DNA of 64,000 nt from an uncultured Halobacteria archaeon (GCA_963847565.1 CAWKAE010000013.1:15757-79756); one strand, 5' to 3'; counted from the stretch's first letter, positions 20,763 through 32,169 are shown. Numbers and translations are program-made. The notes: generated by a model from the letters alone, not told the origin.

Positions 20763-21784
20763 TGGAATTCAAGACCTGGACTTCACCACACCTGCCGGTT
20801 AACGACAGCGTGCCGTCGATGATGCGCCTGGTGCTGCTGGCATTGTTACCGGGTACCGTCTGCTTCTTCTGGTTGTTCGGCTGGGGCGTTTTGTTCAACT
20901 TGCTGATCGCCGGCATCACCGCAGTGATTGCCGAGGCTGCCATGCTGAAGCTGCGCAGGCGCGCAGTCACACACACACTGCTGGATGGCAGCGCCCTCGT
21001 CACCGGCTTGCTGCTGGCACTGGCCCTGCCGCCACTGGCGCCCTGGTGGATACCGGTTATCGGCAGCCTGTTTGCTATCATCATCGCCAAACAACTGTAC
21101 GGCGGCCTGGGGTATAACCCGTTCAACCCGGCCATGGTCGGCTACGTGGTGTTGCTCATTTCTTTCCCGCTGGAGATGACCCTGTGGCCGGCGGCCGGCA
21201 ATTACCCCGACCTGGCGAGTACGTTCAGCCTGTTCTTTACCGGCAGCCTGCCGAACGCCGGTTCTATTGATGCTGTCACCATGGCGACACCGCTGGACAC
21301 GGTGCGGACCCGGCTTGGCCTGGGCGATACGCTGACTGAATTGCGCAGCGGCGCATTGTTCGGCCTGGCCGGTGGTGCCGGCTGGGAGTGGGTAAATCTC
21401 TGCTTCCTGGCCGGCGGCCTGTTTATGCTCAAGCTGCGCGTCATCCAGTGGCGGATACCCGCCAGCATGCTGGCCGGACTGGCGCTGACTGCACTGGTAT
21501 TTCACCTGTACGACCCGGATACATACGCCTCACCCCTGTTCCACCTGTTCAGCGGCGCCGCCATGCTCGGGGCATTTTTCATTGCCACCGATCCGGTGTC
21601 GGCCAGCACCACGCCACGCGGACGCCTCTGGTTTGGCTTTGGTATCGGCATCCTTACCTGGGTGATTCGCACCTGGGGAGGCTACCCGGATGGTGTGGCA
21701 TTCGCCGTCCTGCTCATGAATCTCGCCGCACCGACCATCGATTTTTACACCCGCCCGCGGGTGTTCGGACAACGCAACGAATGA
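20762..21784 (+). CDS. rnfD: Rnf/Rsx subunit D (cluster 1)
   Basis: GGLGYNPFNPAM, flavinylation motif TMATPL, TDPVS. Confidence 0.95.
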   Translation: MEFKTWTSPHLPVNDSVPSMMRLVLLALLPGTVCFFWLFGWGVLFNLLIAGITAVIAEAAMLKLRRRAVTHTLLDGSALVTGLLLALALPPLAPWWIPVIGSLFAIIIAKQLYGGLGYNPFNPAMVGYVVLLISFPLEMTLWPAAGNYPDLASTFSLFFTGSLPNAGSIDAVTMATPLDTVRTRLGLGDTLTELRSGALFGLAGGAGWEWVNLCFLAGGLFMLKLRVIQWRIPASMLAGLALTALVFHLYDPDTYASPLFHLFSGAAMLGAFFIATDPVSASTTPRGRLWFGFGIGILTWVIRTWGGYPDGVAFAVLLMNLAAPTIDFYTRPRVFGQRNE

Positions 21785-22410
21785 ATTACCGCCAGATCGT
21801 TATCACGGCAATTATCCTGCTGCTGTTTACAGTGGTGGGCACTTCCATGGTCGCCTTCACGTACGATGGCACCCGGGAAAAGATTGCCGCCAACGAACGG
21901 GCAACGCTGCAGCGCAAGCTGAACCAGTTATTACCTGCCGGCAGCTACGATAACGACCTGCTCGACGATCGCATTACAGTGACACTGCCCGACGCAAACG
22001 ACAGGGATAGCGCAATAACCGTCTACCGTGCACGAAATAATTGCGCCGATGCCGGCCTTGTCATGACCGCGGTCGCGCCGGACGGGTACAGCGGGCGCAT
22101 CAAGATGCTGATTGGTATCCGTGCGGATGACACGCTCAGTGGTGTGCGCATTATTACTCACCGCGAAACACCCGGACTGGGTGATGCGATTGATGAACAA
22201 CGCACCGACTGGGTATTCGGATTTGACGGGAAGTCGATCGGTAATCCGCCCATCGAGCGCTGGCGCGTTAAAAAAGACGGCGGTGCATTCGACCAGCTGA
22301 CCGGCGCCACTATCACACCACGCGCAATCGTGAAGGCAGTCAAGCGCACTTTGCTGTACTATCAGGCCAACCGCGAAATGCTTTACTCAACAGCGCCAAG
22401 CACTGAATAA
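21781..22410 (+). CDS. rnfG: Rnf/Rsx subunit G (cluster 1)
   Basis: APDGYSG, HRETPGLGD, FDQLTGATITPRA. Confidence 0.95.
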   Translation: MNYRQIVITAIILLLFTVVGTSMVAFTYDGTREKIAANERATLQRKLNQLLPAGSYDNDLLDDRITVTLPDANDRDSAITVYRARNNCADAGLVMTAVAPDGYSGRIKMLIGIRADDTLSGVRIITHRETPGLGDAIDEQRTDWVFGFDGKSIGNPPIERWRVKKDGGAFDQLTGATITPRAIVKAVKRTLLYYQANREMLYSTAPSTE

Positions 22411-22413
22411 ACC

Positions 22414-23103
22414 ATGAGCAAACCCGCATTCACCACCATTGTCACCGACGGCCTGTGGACCAACAATCCCGGCATCGTGCAACTGCTCGGCCTGTGTCCG
22501 TTACTGGCCGTCACGACCAACATGGTAAACGGACTTGGCCTGGGCCTGGCGACGACACTCACCCTGCTGGCATCCAATGCGACGGTTTCGCTGATACGCA
22601 GGCTGATTCGCCCGGAAGTCAGAATCCCGGTATTCGTACTGATTATTGCGTCTGTCGTGACCGTCATCGAGCTTGCCATGAATGCATGGCTGCACGACCT
22701 CTACAAGGTGCTGGGCATCTTCATACCCCTGATTGTTACAAACTGCGCAATCATCGGACGCGCCGAATCATTCGCCTCCCGCAATCCCCTGGATCGCGCC
22801 ATCGTGGATGCATTGGCCATGGGCATCGGCTTCACGCTGGTACTGGTCGTGCTGGGTGGCATGCGTGAACTGATTGGCCAGGGCACCTTGCTGTCGCAGG
22901 CGCACATGATGTTCGGTGAAGCAGGACGTTCACTCACACTGACACTGATTGATGACTACCGGGGCTTCCTGCTGGCCATACTGCCACCGGGTGCGTTTAT
23001 CGGCCTTGGTTTCATTATCGCCGGCGTGAACATAATCAACAGCAGGCGGGAACGGCAAACGACTACCGCGCCAGCACACGCAGAACAGCCCTCACCCGCC
23101 TGA
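22414..23103 (+). CDS. rnfE: Rnf/Rsx subunit E (cluster 1)
   Basis: LLGLCPLLAV, IPLIVTNCAIIGRAE, LPPGAF. Confidence 0.95.
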   Translation: MSKPAFTTIVTDGLWTNNPGIVQLLGLCPLLAVTTNMVNGLGLGLATTLTLLASNATVSLIRRLIRPEVRIPVFVLIIASVVTVIELAMNAWLHDLYKVLGIFIPLIVTNCAIIGRAESFASRNPLDRAIVDALAMGIGFTLVLVVLGGMRELIGQGTLLSQAHMMFGEAGRSLTLTLIDDYRGFLLAILPPGAFIGLGFIIAGVNIINSRRERQTTTAPAHAEQPSPA

Positions 23104-23122
23104 CAACAGGCCAGTCAAGCAC

Positions 23123-23758
23123 GTGAACCGCGAGAAACGCACGGAAATATTTTCTCGTCTGCGCGACGCCAACCCGCACCCGACCACCGAGCTGAAATAC
23201 GGCAACCCGTTTCAACTGCTGGTTGCGGTCATCCTGTCTGCGCAATCGACCGATGTTGGCGTTAACAAGGCAACGGCCGCGCTGTTCAAAAAGGTTCGAA
23301 CACCGGCTGCACTTCTGAAACTGGGTGAGGAAGGACTGCGCGAATACATAAAGACAATCGGCCTGTTCAACACCAAGGCAAAAAATATCATCAAGACCTG
23401 CGCCATCCTGGTTGAGCATCACGGCGGCAAGGTACCCGATGACCGCGCGGCACTCGAGGCACTACCGGGCGTCGGTCGCAAAACCGCCAATGTTGTGCTC
23501 AATACCGCTTTTGGTCACCCGACCATCGCCGTGGATACACACATATTCAGGGTCGCGAACCGGACCGGTATCGCACCGGGAAAAAACGTGGCCGAAGTCG
23601 AACAGCGGCTGCTGCGGCTGGTACCCGACGCGTTCAAACAGGATGCGCATCACTGGCTGATCCTGCATGGACGCTATACCTGCGTGGCCCGCAAACCGCG
23701 CTGCCAGTCATGCATTATTTCCGATCTGTGTGAATTCAAAGACAAGAATATAGATTAA
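23123..23758 (+). CDS. nth: Endonuclease III
   Basis: LSAQSTD, LPGVGRKTANV, VDTH, C-terminal 4-Cys cluster motif. Confidence 0.97.
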   Translation: MNREKRTEIFSRLRDANPHPTTELKYGNPFQLLVAVILSAQSTDVGVNKATAALFKKVRTPAALLKLGEEGLREYIKTIGLFNTKAKNIIKTCAILVEHHGGKVPDDRAALEALPGVGRKTANVVLNTAFGHPTIAVDTHIFRVANRTGIAPGKNVAEVEQRLLRLVPDAFKQDAHHWLILHGRYTCVARKPRCQSCIISDLCEFKDKNID

Positions 23759-23860
23759 AGACAAGTAGTTACATTCTGTTTTAGGCGCCGGGATTAACTG
23801 TTATATTGCATCCTCTGCGCGGCGCCAATTATCACAAAACTATCCCGTTGAGAACATTAG

Positions 23861-23887
23861 AAACTTTTCATTTTGCCCAATGTCGTA
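23861..23887 (+). promoter_or_regulatory. Possible ECF-sigma promoter of the MNIO cluster
   Basis: AAACTT-N16-TCGTA, sigma-E-like spacing, ~90 nt before the precursor ATG. Confidence 0.4.
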
Positions 23888-23979
23888 GAGTCTGACACAA
23901 CAAGAGGTCGTGGCAAACGACCACAATGACTGGAACATCTGTTCCTGCTTATCAAACAAACAGTATGGAGATCTATCCA

Positions 23980-24357
23980 ATGTCAAAAATATCAACATTT
24001 AAACCTCTGGCAGTCGCAATGGGAGCTGCGTTTGTCACTTCGCTGGCTACCACACCGGTTGCCAACGCAGCGGAAAACCCGTTTGCAATGTCCGAGCTTG
24101 CCAGCGGCTACATGGTTGCCGACAGCCACATGGAAGGTAAATGCGGTGAAGGCAAGTGTGGCGGTGACAAGGCCAAGAAAGAAGGCAAGTGCGGCGGCGA
24201 CAAGGCCAAGAAGGACCGCGACTGTGCCGAGAAAGAAGGCAAGTGCGGCGAAGGCAAGTGCGGCGGCGACAAGGCCAAGAGCATGAAGGAAGGCAAGTGC
24301 GGTGAAGGCAAGTGCGGTGGTAAAAAGGCCGACGATGCCGAGATCCCGGCCGAGTAA
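23980..24357 (+). CDS. Secreted EGKCG-repeat RiPP precursor (HvfA/oxazolin, bufferin-like)
   Basis: Sec signal ending ANA-AENPF, seven EGKCG repeats, directly upstream of DUF692; GGAG RBS. Confidence 0.9.
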   Translation: MSKISTFKPLAVAMGAAFVTSLATTPVANAAENPFAMSELASGYMVADSHMEGKCGEGKCGGDKAKKEGKCGGDKAKKDRDCAEKEGKCGEGKCGGDKAKSMKEGKCGEGKCGGKKADDAEIPAE

Positions 24358-24388
24358 GTACGCTATGGAAACCGCAGACTGATACGCC

Positions 24389-25265
24389 GTGAGTAAGCCG
24401 AGCTACCCCGTCAGCGGTACCGGACTTGGACTGCGGCGGACCCTGATGGGTCCGCTGCAGGACAATCCTCCTGATACTATCGACTTTCTGGAAGTCGCCC
24501 CCGAGAACTGGATCGGGATTGGCGGCAAAATGGCCAAAGACTTCCGCTTCTTTACCGAGCGCTACCCGTTTGTTTGTCACGGCCTGTCGCTTTCAATCGG
24601 CAGCCCTGCCCCGCTGGATGAAACCTTCGTACACAGGGTACGGCGCTTCCTCGACGAACATGGCTATACGTTTCTATACAGAACACCTGAGTTATTGCAG
24701 TGACGACGGGCATCTCTATGACCTGATGCCGATCCCGTTTACCGAAGAGGCTGTCCACCACGTGGCCGGCCGCATTAAACGGGTGCAGGATATTCTTGAA
24801 CGCCGCATCGCCATGGAAAATGTTTCCTACTACGCGGCACCCGGCCAGCAAATGCCGGAGATAGATTTCATCAACGCAGTGCTGGCAGAAGCCGACTGCG
24901 ACCTGCTGCTGGACGTCAACAATATTTACGTTAACAGCATAAATCATCAATACGATGCGAAAGACTTCCTGACATCACTACCGGCGGACCGGGTGGTTTA
25001 TTTCCATATCGCCGGTCATTACGACGAGGCCGATGACCTGAAAGTCGACACGCACGGGGCACCGGTAATCGATCCGGTGTGGGCGCTGCTGGAAACCGCC
25101 TATCGACACTTCGGTGTTGTACCCACACTGCTCGAACGTGACTTCAATATTCCGCCACTGCCCGAGTTGCTGGCCGAGATAGACCAGATAGCCGCACTGC
25201 AGGCAAAACAGGCAAATAGCAGCAACGCGCAAAACCCGGGGACGGCCAGTGGCCACACAGGCTGA
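24389..25265 (+). CDS. DUF692 multinuclear non-heme iron oxidative enzyme (MNIO; apparent frameshift near 24662)
   Basis: [57 protein letters not shown]. Confidence 0.92.
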
Positions 25266-26025
25266 CTTTATCCGGCAGCAGTATGCGTTTGCCGCGCATA
25301 TACGCGACCCGCAACATGCGCCCGCCCCGGCTGAAGTCGAAGACCGCCGGATGGGTATTTACCGCGAACTGTTCTACAACAACGTTGAAGGCTTTATCTC
25401 GAATACATTTCCCGTGCTGCGCGAAATCCACGATGATGACGCCTGGCATCGCATGGTGCGTGATTATTTCCGCAACCATCATTCCAGGACACCCCTGTTC
25501 CTCGAAATACCGCGCGAGTTTCTCACCTGGCTGCATGATGAACGCACGGCACAGGCCGATGACCTGCGCTTTCTTTACGAGCTGGCGCACTACGAGTGGG
25601 CTGAGCTGGCACTAACGATCGCGGAAGATTCAACTGATTCGAGCAGCATTGACCCGGACGGCGACCTGCTGACCGGCATCCCCTGCCTGTCTCCACTGGT
25701 CTGGCACATGACCTACGCATACCCGGTACATAAAATCGGGCCGGATTTCATTCCGGATGCCCCGGGTGAGTCACCTACCAGCCTGGTCGTGTACCGCGAT
25801 CGTCACGATGAAGTCGGCTTCATGGAAATCAACCCGGTCACGAAACGATTGCTGGAAATTATTGAACCCAATGAAACCGCTACCGGCAGGGAATTACTGG
25901 CACGCATTGCAGCGGAAATGGCCCATCCGGATCCTGACGTCGTGATCAACGGCGGTCTCGAGATACTGATCAACCTGAAACAGAAAGACATCATCACCGG
26001 AACAAACAAGCAGCAAATCCCGTAA
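25249..26025 (+). CDS. DUF2063 MNIO partner protein (HvfC/BufC-like)
   Basis: [30 protein letters not shown]; overlaps DUF692 gene. Confidence 0.88.
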   Translation: MATQADFIRQQYAFAAHIRDPQHAPAPAEVEDRRMGIYRELFYNNVEGFISNTFPVLREIHDDDAWHRMVRDYFRNHHSRTPLFLEIPREFLTWLHDERTAQADDLRFLYELAHYEWAELALTIAEDSTDSSSIDPDGDLLTGIPCLSPLVWHMTYAYPVHKIGPDFIPDAPGESPTSLVVYRDRHDEVGFMEINPVTKRLLEIIEPNETATGRELLARIAAEMAHPDPDVVINGGLEILINLKQKDIITGTNKQQIP

Positions 26026-26074
26026 CAAGGGATTCACGCAAAAAAAAACAATCAACCACCCGGGGAGGTGGAAC

Positions 26075-26725
26075 ATGACCGGTATTCTGAACTGTTTGCA
26101 AAACCTGCTGGACCGTACCCGCGCATTTGATTTTCTCGGCCCGCTCGCGCTCAGGCTCTACCTGGTGCCAATATTCTGGATGGGCGGCACCAAGAAACTG
26201 GAAAATGCCGGACTGGACTGCGTCAGTAACGGCCCCTGCAGCTTTGTGCCGAAACAGGACATCATCGACTGGTTCGGCAACACGGAATGGGGCCTGGGTC
26301 TGCCCTTCCCGGAACTACTGGCTTACCTCGCCTCGTACACAGAATATTTCGGCGCCATCCTGTTGCTGGTCGGCCTGGCGGTACGCTGGATTGCTGTCCC
26401 GCTGATGTTCACCATGATTGTCGCTGCGGTTACGGTTCACTGGCCGAACGGCTGGCTTGCCATTGCGGAAGGCAGCGGCTTCTACGCCACCGAGCGCACA
26501 CAGGGCGCAATCGAACGCCTGGACCGCGCAAAGGAAGTCCTCCAGGAAAATGCCAATTATTCGTGGCTCACCGAGAATGGCAGCCTTGTCATCCTGAATA
26601 ACGGTATTGAATTCGCCGCAACCTATTTCATCATGTTACTGGTACTGTTCTTTATCGGGGCCGGCAAGTACTTAAGCCTTGATTACTGGATTGCCCGCAA
26701 ATGGAGAAACACCAGCGACACCTGA
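26075..26725 (+). CDS. DoxX-family membrane protein of the MNIO cluster
   Basis: LRLYLVPIFW, WFGN..GLGLPFP, VHWPNGW, NNGIEFAA, GAGKYLSLD. Confidence 0.88.
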   Translation: MTGILNCLQNLLDRTRAFDFLGPLALRLYLVPIFWMGGTKKLENAGLDCVSNGPCSFVPKQDIIDWFGNTEWGLGLPFPELLAYLASYTEYFGAILLLVGLAVRWIAVPLMFTMIVAAVTVHWPNGWLAIAEGSGFYATERTQGAIERLDRAKEVLQENANYSWLTENGSLVILNNGIEFAATYFIMLLVLFFIGAGKYLSLDYWIARKWRNTSDT

Positions 26726-26766
26726 ACAGCCAACGCAATCACCACAAAAAATAACAGGAGCCCGCC

Positions 26767-28295
26767 ATGGACATGATGACCGACGAAACGGTATCCATAG
26801 TCACAACTATCCTGAATATTATGGCAACCCTGTTTGTATTACTGATCGGCATCGGCGTGCTGGTTGTCATTGTGCTGTTCATCCTGGATGTCACCCAGAC
26901 AAAAAGTGCCATTCGGCGCAATTATCCGGTCGTCGGTCGCTTCCGTTATTTCTTCGAACACCTGGGTGGATTTTTCCGCCAGTATTTCTTTGCCATGGAC
27001 CGCGAGGAAATGCCCTTTAACCGTTCCCAGCGGAGTTGGGTCTACCGGGCCGCGAAAAATATCGACAACACCGTCGGCTTCGGCTCTACCCGTGACCTGC
27101 GACCGCCTGGAACCGTCATGTTCGTCAACTGCCCCTACCCCACGCTGGGTGAGGATGCGGTAGCAGCACACGATTTAACAATTGGCCCCAACTGCCGGCA
27201 TCCCTACACGACCAGCGCCTTGTTCAACATTTCCGGCATGAGCTATGGCGCGATTTCGAAACCTGCGGTACTGGCCCTGTCAAAGGGTGCAAAGGCGGCT
27301 GGTATATGGATGAATACCGGTGAAGGCGGGTTGTCGCCCTATCACCTCGAAGGCGGCGCTGACATCGTCTTCCAGATCGGCACCGCCAAGAATGGTGTGC
27401 GCGATTTCGAGGGCCATCTGAACGAGGACAAACTGCGCGACGTGGCCGCCAACGAAACGGTTCGAATGTTCGAAATAAAAATGAGCCAGGGCGCCAAACC
27501 CGGCAAGGGCGGCATCCTGCCGGGCAGCAAGGTAACGGAGGAAATTGCCGCAATTCGCGGTATCAAGCCGGCAGCGACGCCATCAGTCCCAATCGCCATC
27601 TCGACATCAATTCGAATGCCGAATTACTCGACATGATTCAGCGAGTCCGTGACATCACCGGCAAACCCACGGGGTTCAAGGCAGTCATTGGCGCGTATGG
27701 CTGGCTGGACAATCTGTTTGAAGAAATCAATGCACGGGGCAGGGAAAGCGCCCCGGACTTCATTACGCTTGACAGTGCGGATGGCGGCACCGGCGCCGCA
27801 CCCATGCCGTTGATTGATGATGTCGGATTGCCGCTGCGCGAGAGCCTGCCCCTGCTGATCGACAAGCTGAACGAACATGGCCTGCGTGACCGGGTATGCG
27901 TCATCGCTTCTGGCAAACTGGTAACCCCGGCCGATGTTGCCTGGGCATTATGCATGGGAGCGGACTTCATCGTCTCTGCACGCGGCTTTATGTTTGCACT
28001 GGGTTGCATCCAGGCACTGCAGTGCAACAAGAATACCTGCCCCACCGGCATTACGACTCACAACAAGCGCCTGCAACGCGGTCTTAACCCGCAAGACAAG
28101 GCGGTGCGCGTGGCGCACTACGCAAAAAACATCGTCAACGAAGTCGGCATCATCGCCCACTCCTGCGGTGTTCGCGAACCACGCGAACTCAAGCGATTCC
28201 ATGCGCGCGTTGTTGTCACTAACGGTCTCTCGGTGCCGCTGAACGAGTTGCATCCGGATAAACACACGAACAATGCTGCCTCACAGGCCAGCTAA
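26767..28295 (+). CDS. FMN-binding glutamate-synthase-family protein (apparent frameshift near 27570)
   Basis: SGMSYGAIS, NTGEGG, EIKMSQGAKPGKGG, DGGTGAAP, GCIQALQCNKNTCPTGI; N-terminal TM helix. Confidence 0.88.
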
Positions 28296-28588
28296 TCACA
28301 GTACCGACAGCACAATGAACATCGTGCAGAACGTCCCCGGCACGCGCAGATAGGTCAGGCGCCGACACTACCCTACCGGTCAACCTGGCAGGTAAAACTG
28401 CTCCGCTACGGCCTGTATAACAGCAACAATCCAGCCTGCGTAGCCGAAACGTGATCGCTGTCCCGGTTTACCGGGATGGTCGGGGCGATACTGCACCTGT
28501 CGTGAGGGGCCGGGTCCGACTGTCACTGCATTGCACGCATCCCCTGACACCGTGACACGATGACCCGGCCGCTCCACGACAGCCGTAT

Positions 28589-29107
28589 TCAGTTTCCTGA
28601 CGCACCCTGATCAACACGCAGTGCACGAATTATTTCCAGAAACGCCGGTGCATCCCACTCGCGTCCACCGATCGCACGGTATGCAATGCGGCCATCCGGC
28701 GCAACGACGTATGTCGTTGGCAATCCCTTTACCGGCCACTCGGCAATAACTTCGCCATCACGATCAAGCAATAACGGGAAATCCGCCGGGTAGTCAGCAC
28801 TGAAGACAAAGATCGTGTCTTCGTCCTCACCCATGTTAATCGCCAGTATGATTACGTCTTCCTTTTGCAGGCTTTGCCATGCCCTGTTCATGGAGGGAAT
28901 TTCTTCGCGACACGGCGGGCACCAGGTTGTCCAGAAATTAATAATCACGGTCTTGCCGCGGTAGTCGGACAATTTATGCGTCTTACCCTCGGTATCCGGC
29001 AAGGTAAAATCCGGCGCCATTACCTGTCCGGGAATGGGCGAGAGTACCTCGGCAGCCGGCAGGCAACCGCACTGAACCAGCAACAACAGTAATATCAGCC
29101 GCTTCAT
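28589..29107 (-). CDS. TlpA-family thiol:disulfide oxidoreductase
   Basis: [27 protein letters not shown]. Confidence 0.92.
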   Translation of the reverse strand: MKRLILLLLLVQCGCLPAAEVLSPIPGQVMAPDFTLPDTEGKTHKLSDYRGKTVIINFWTTWCPPCREEIPSMNRAWQSLQKEDVIILAINMGEDEDTIFVFSADYPADFPLLLDRDGEVIAEWPVKGLPTTYVVAPDGRIAYRAIGGREWDAPAFLEIIRALRVDQGASGN

Positions 29108-29700
29108 TTCAATGTGTCCACGTCAGGTGCACAAACAATTCCCGGTATTCTTCCCGTATGCTGCACATCTCCCACACCCCAGGTCACGTCCAGGTCGAAA
29201 CGTGCCCCGGGCGGCAAACCAAACGCCGTCAGACCCCAGTTATAGTCACTTGCCAGGTATTCCTGCCGGGTCGGGAACATTCCCCAGCGCACCACCAGCC
29301 TGGCCGCTTCATCGGCATCATCGACGCTCCATGACTCGAGTAGCGGTTCTTTCAGCATAATGCCTTGCTCCTTGCCGTTGTGATGAATGCGCCATTGTGA
29401 CTGGTCTATGGTTACCACGTGGCCGGAATCCGCATCACCGATATTCCTGACAATGGTCTGGAACATACAGCTCTGCGCCAGCTGCTCGATGACTGCGGGC
29501 GAGAACCGGTGTTTCATCAGCATGGCACGGGTCTGATCAGGCAGGCGCTGGATCAGTTCGATCTCGATGTTATCCGTACGAAAATGCCAGCCACGCAGGC
29601 CATTCTCATCGTTAACACTCTGGTTTACCGTTGCAGACATACTGGCCGGCGAAAATACGGACAGCAACAGCATGGCCGTCAGTCTGGCGGGAATACTCAT
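29104..29700 (-). CDS. Exported hypothetical protein, translationally coupled to TlpA
   Basis: Signal peptide after GGAG RBS, two Cys; ATGA overlap with tlpA-like gene. Confidence 0.7.
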   Translation of the reverse strand: MSIPARLTAMLLLSVFSPASMSATVNQSVNDENGLRGWHFRTDNIEIELIQRLPDQTRAMLMKHRFSPAVIEQLAQSCMFQTIVRNIGDADSGHVVTIDQSQWRIHHNGKEQGIMLKEPLLESWSVDDADEAARLVVRWGMFPTRQEYLASDYNWGLTAFGLPPGARFDLDVTWGVGDVQHTGRIPGIVCAPDVDTLK

Positions 29701-29824
29701 TGACTCCTCCGGTCGATACCACTTACAGGTGGCCTGCAGAATAGTATACCGCTTCATGGCTCGCTGTGATCGCAGTACAATTAGTGGACTATGCCGACGC
29801 GGACCGGCCAAACAGGAAACCCAC

Positions 29825-31007
29825 ATGACGCAAATCGGAACACCATTATCAGCAACGGCCACACGAGTATTGCTGTGCGGTGGCGGCGAACTCGGTAAAG
29901 AAGTCGTCATCGAACTGCAACGCCTCGGCGTCGAGGTCATTGTCGTCGACCGCTATGCAGATGCACCGGCCATGCAGGTCGCACACCGCAGCCATGTACT
30001 GTCGATGCTGGACGGCGCTGCACTGCGACAGGTCATCGAGCAGGAAAAACCGCATTACATCGTGCCTGAAATCGAGGCCATTGCGACAGACACACTGGTG
30101 GCGCTTGAAGGTGAAGGTTTCACCGTCATCCCGACTGCCCGTGCCGCACACCTGACCATGAACCGGGAAGGCATACGCAGACTGGCAGCGGAAGAACTGG
30201 GTATCCCGACATCACCCTTCCGGTTTGCAGAGAACCGCGATGAATTCGAGGCCGCCGTTCGGGAAATCGGTCTGCCATGCGTGGTAAAACCTGTTATGAG
30301 TTCATCCGGCAAGGGCCAGAGTACCCTCCGCGACGAATCAGACATCGACACAGCCTGGCACTACGCCCAGCAAGGCAGTCGCAGTGGCGCCGGCAAGGTA
30401 ATCGTGGAGGGCTTCGTCACGTTCGACTATGAAATCACCTTACTGACTGTTCGACATGAAAACGGCACCGCTTTCTGCGAACCGATTGGCCATCGCCAGG
30501 AAGACGGCGACTACCGGCAGTCCTGGCAACCACAGGCCATGAGTCAGACCGCGTACCAGGCTGCACGTGACATCGCCATGCGCATAACCGACGCGCTTGG
30601 CGGCCGCGGGCTATTCGGTGTCGAGCTTTTTATAAAAGGTGATGAAGCTATCTTCAGCGAAGTCTCGCCCCGTCCGCACGACACCGGCATGGTTACCATG
30701 ATCTCCCAGGACCTGTCCCAGTTCGCACTGCACGCACGCGCCATTCTCGGTCTGCCTGTGCCGGGCATTGTCCAGTATGGACCCGCCGCCTCCAGCGTCG
30801 TCCTCGCCAACTGCGAATCAAGCCAGGTCTGCATTCGGTCACCTGGAAGCAGCATTGAGCGAACCGGATACCCAACTGCGGCTGTTCGGCAAACCCGGCG
30901 TACAGGGCCAGCGACGCATGGGCGTGGCACTGGCGCGTGGAGCCGATATCGAGGACGCGCTCGGCCGCGCGGAACGCAGCGCGGCAGCCGTCACAATTAT
31001 CCCCTGA
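29825..31007 (+). CDS. purT: Formate-dependent GAR transformylase (apparent frameshift near 30830)
   Basis: [36 protein letters not shown]; C-terminal RLFGKP...RRMGVALA in the next frame. Confidence 0.95.
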
Positions 31008-31046
31008 AGCCGGGGTTCGCCCCGTGACGAGATAAGGATTAATAAC

Positions 31047-31265
31047 ATGGATAACAATGCGTTAATAAACAGAATCGAGACACTAGAGGGCCAACTGATG
31101 CACCTTGAAGCCGCCCTTGACGAGGTCACACGCACCCTGCTTGACCAGGAATCCCGACTTAAAACACAGGCCGCCACCATCGAACGCATGGAGGATGTCA
31201 TCAAGGGCCTGGCCGGACCCGGCATGGCTGACCCGCAAAAGGAGCCACCACCGCCGCATTATTGA
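31047..31265 (+). CDS. slyX: SlyX-family protein
   Basis: Coiled coil ending in EPPPPHY. Confidence 0.85.
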   Translation: MDNNALINRIETLEGQLMHLEAALDEVTRTLLDQESRLKTQAATIERMEDVIKGLAGPGMADPQKEPPPPHY

Positions 31266-31351
31266 GCCAGGTCACACGCTAAAGACCGGCAGCAATCAGG
31301 CCGATGTTGATAGGTGACACATTGATTATCACCTACCGGCAGGCAACTAAC

Positions 31352-32116
31352 GTGACCATTGAAGCACTCAATCTACTGTCCCAGATTATGTCGGGTTTTA
31401 CCCTGCTGGCACTCCTGTGGCTGACTGCACGGGCCTTTAAAATGAACGCCGGCTGGGGCCTCGGCGTCCTGCTGTTCTCGCCTGTTACTGCCGTCGCTTT
31501 TGGCATCCGTCACTGGAACAGGGAAAAATTTCCATTCCTTTTATATATGGGCACGTTCACCGTAACGCTCGTCCTGCTGGTCTCGCTATTCACCGCATGG
31601 GGTGGATGGGAACTGGTAAAGGCCGGTCAAACGGCCAAACAGTCGCTACAAGACCAAACATTAACGCAAAATAAAGCGGACGCTTTCAGAAAAGCGAGCC
31701 TGTCGTTCGAGAAAAAATCAGGCATCAGTTATACGCACGGCAAGCTGCTGACGCGGCTACAGCGTGAACTTGACCGCAAGGCCGAACAGGAACAAATCGA
31801 CGCCAGGGCAGCCGAACTGGAAGCGCAGGAAGACGCGAAAGATGCCGGCTATGAAGGCCTCTACCGCAGGTCGCCGAAAAAAACAGCGCGTTACCGCCTG
31901 GTATACAAGCCACTCAAGCTAGCCGATGCGCACAGGTACATTGGCGCAACCGTCAAGGTTACGCGGCGTAATGTCGAGGAAAAGGAATATCGCCTGACCG
32001 GCGCATCGGGTGGCTCGTTAAAGTTCGCCCAGAAGAACAGGCAAGGTTCTTTTTCTTTCGCATTTAAAAAACGCGACATCGAGAAGATTCGCATCCTTAC
32101 CAAGGAACCTTACTAG
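31352..32116 (+). CDS. Hypothetical membrane protein
   Basis: Three N-terminal hydrophobic helices, charged coiled region, basic C-terminal domain; start uncertain. Confidence 0.65.
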   Translation: MTIEALNLLSQIMSGFTLLALLWLTARAFKMNAGWGLGVLLFSPVTAVAFGIRHWNREKFPFLLYMGTFTVTLVLLVSLFTAWGGWELVKAGQTAKQSLQDQTLTQNKADAFRKASLSFEKKSGISYTHGKLLTRLQRELDRKAEQEQIDARAAELEAQEDAKDAGYEGLYRRSPKKTARYRLVYKPLKLADAHRYIGATVKVTRRNVEEKEYRLTGASGGSLKFAQKNRQGSFSFAFKKRDIEKIRILTKEPY

Positions 32117-32169
32117 CGCAAGCAAGATGGATTCTTGACAGCCTGCAGACGATCTGAAAGACTCGAGCC

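Noticed and set aside
23965-23975. GGAGAT in the RiPP precursor RBS as a target of the candidate sRNA loop
   Set aside because: Only about 6 nt of complementarity to a generic SD sequence, too weak to claim.
24130-24325. Tandem GAAGGCAAGTGCGG repeats as a CRISPR array or VNTR
   Set aside because: In-frame coding repeats (EGKCG) with synonymous variation; no unique spacers and no cas genes.
28296-28588. 290-bp gap between convergent genes as an ncRNA or small gene
   Set aside because: Only short weak hairpins; no promoter-terminator pair or credible ORF.
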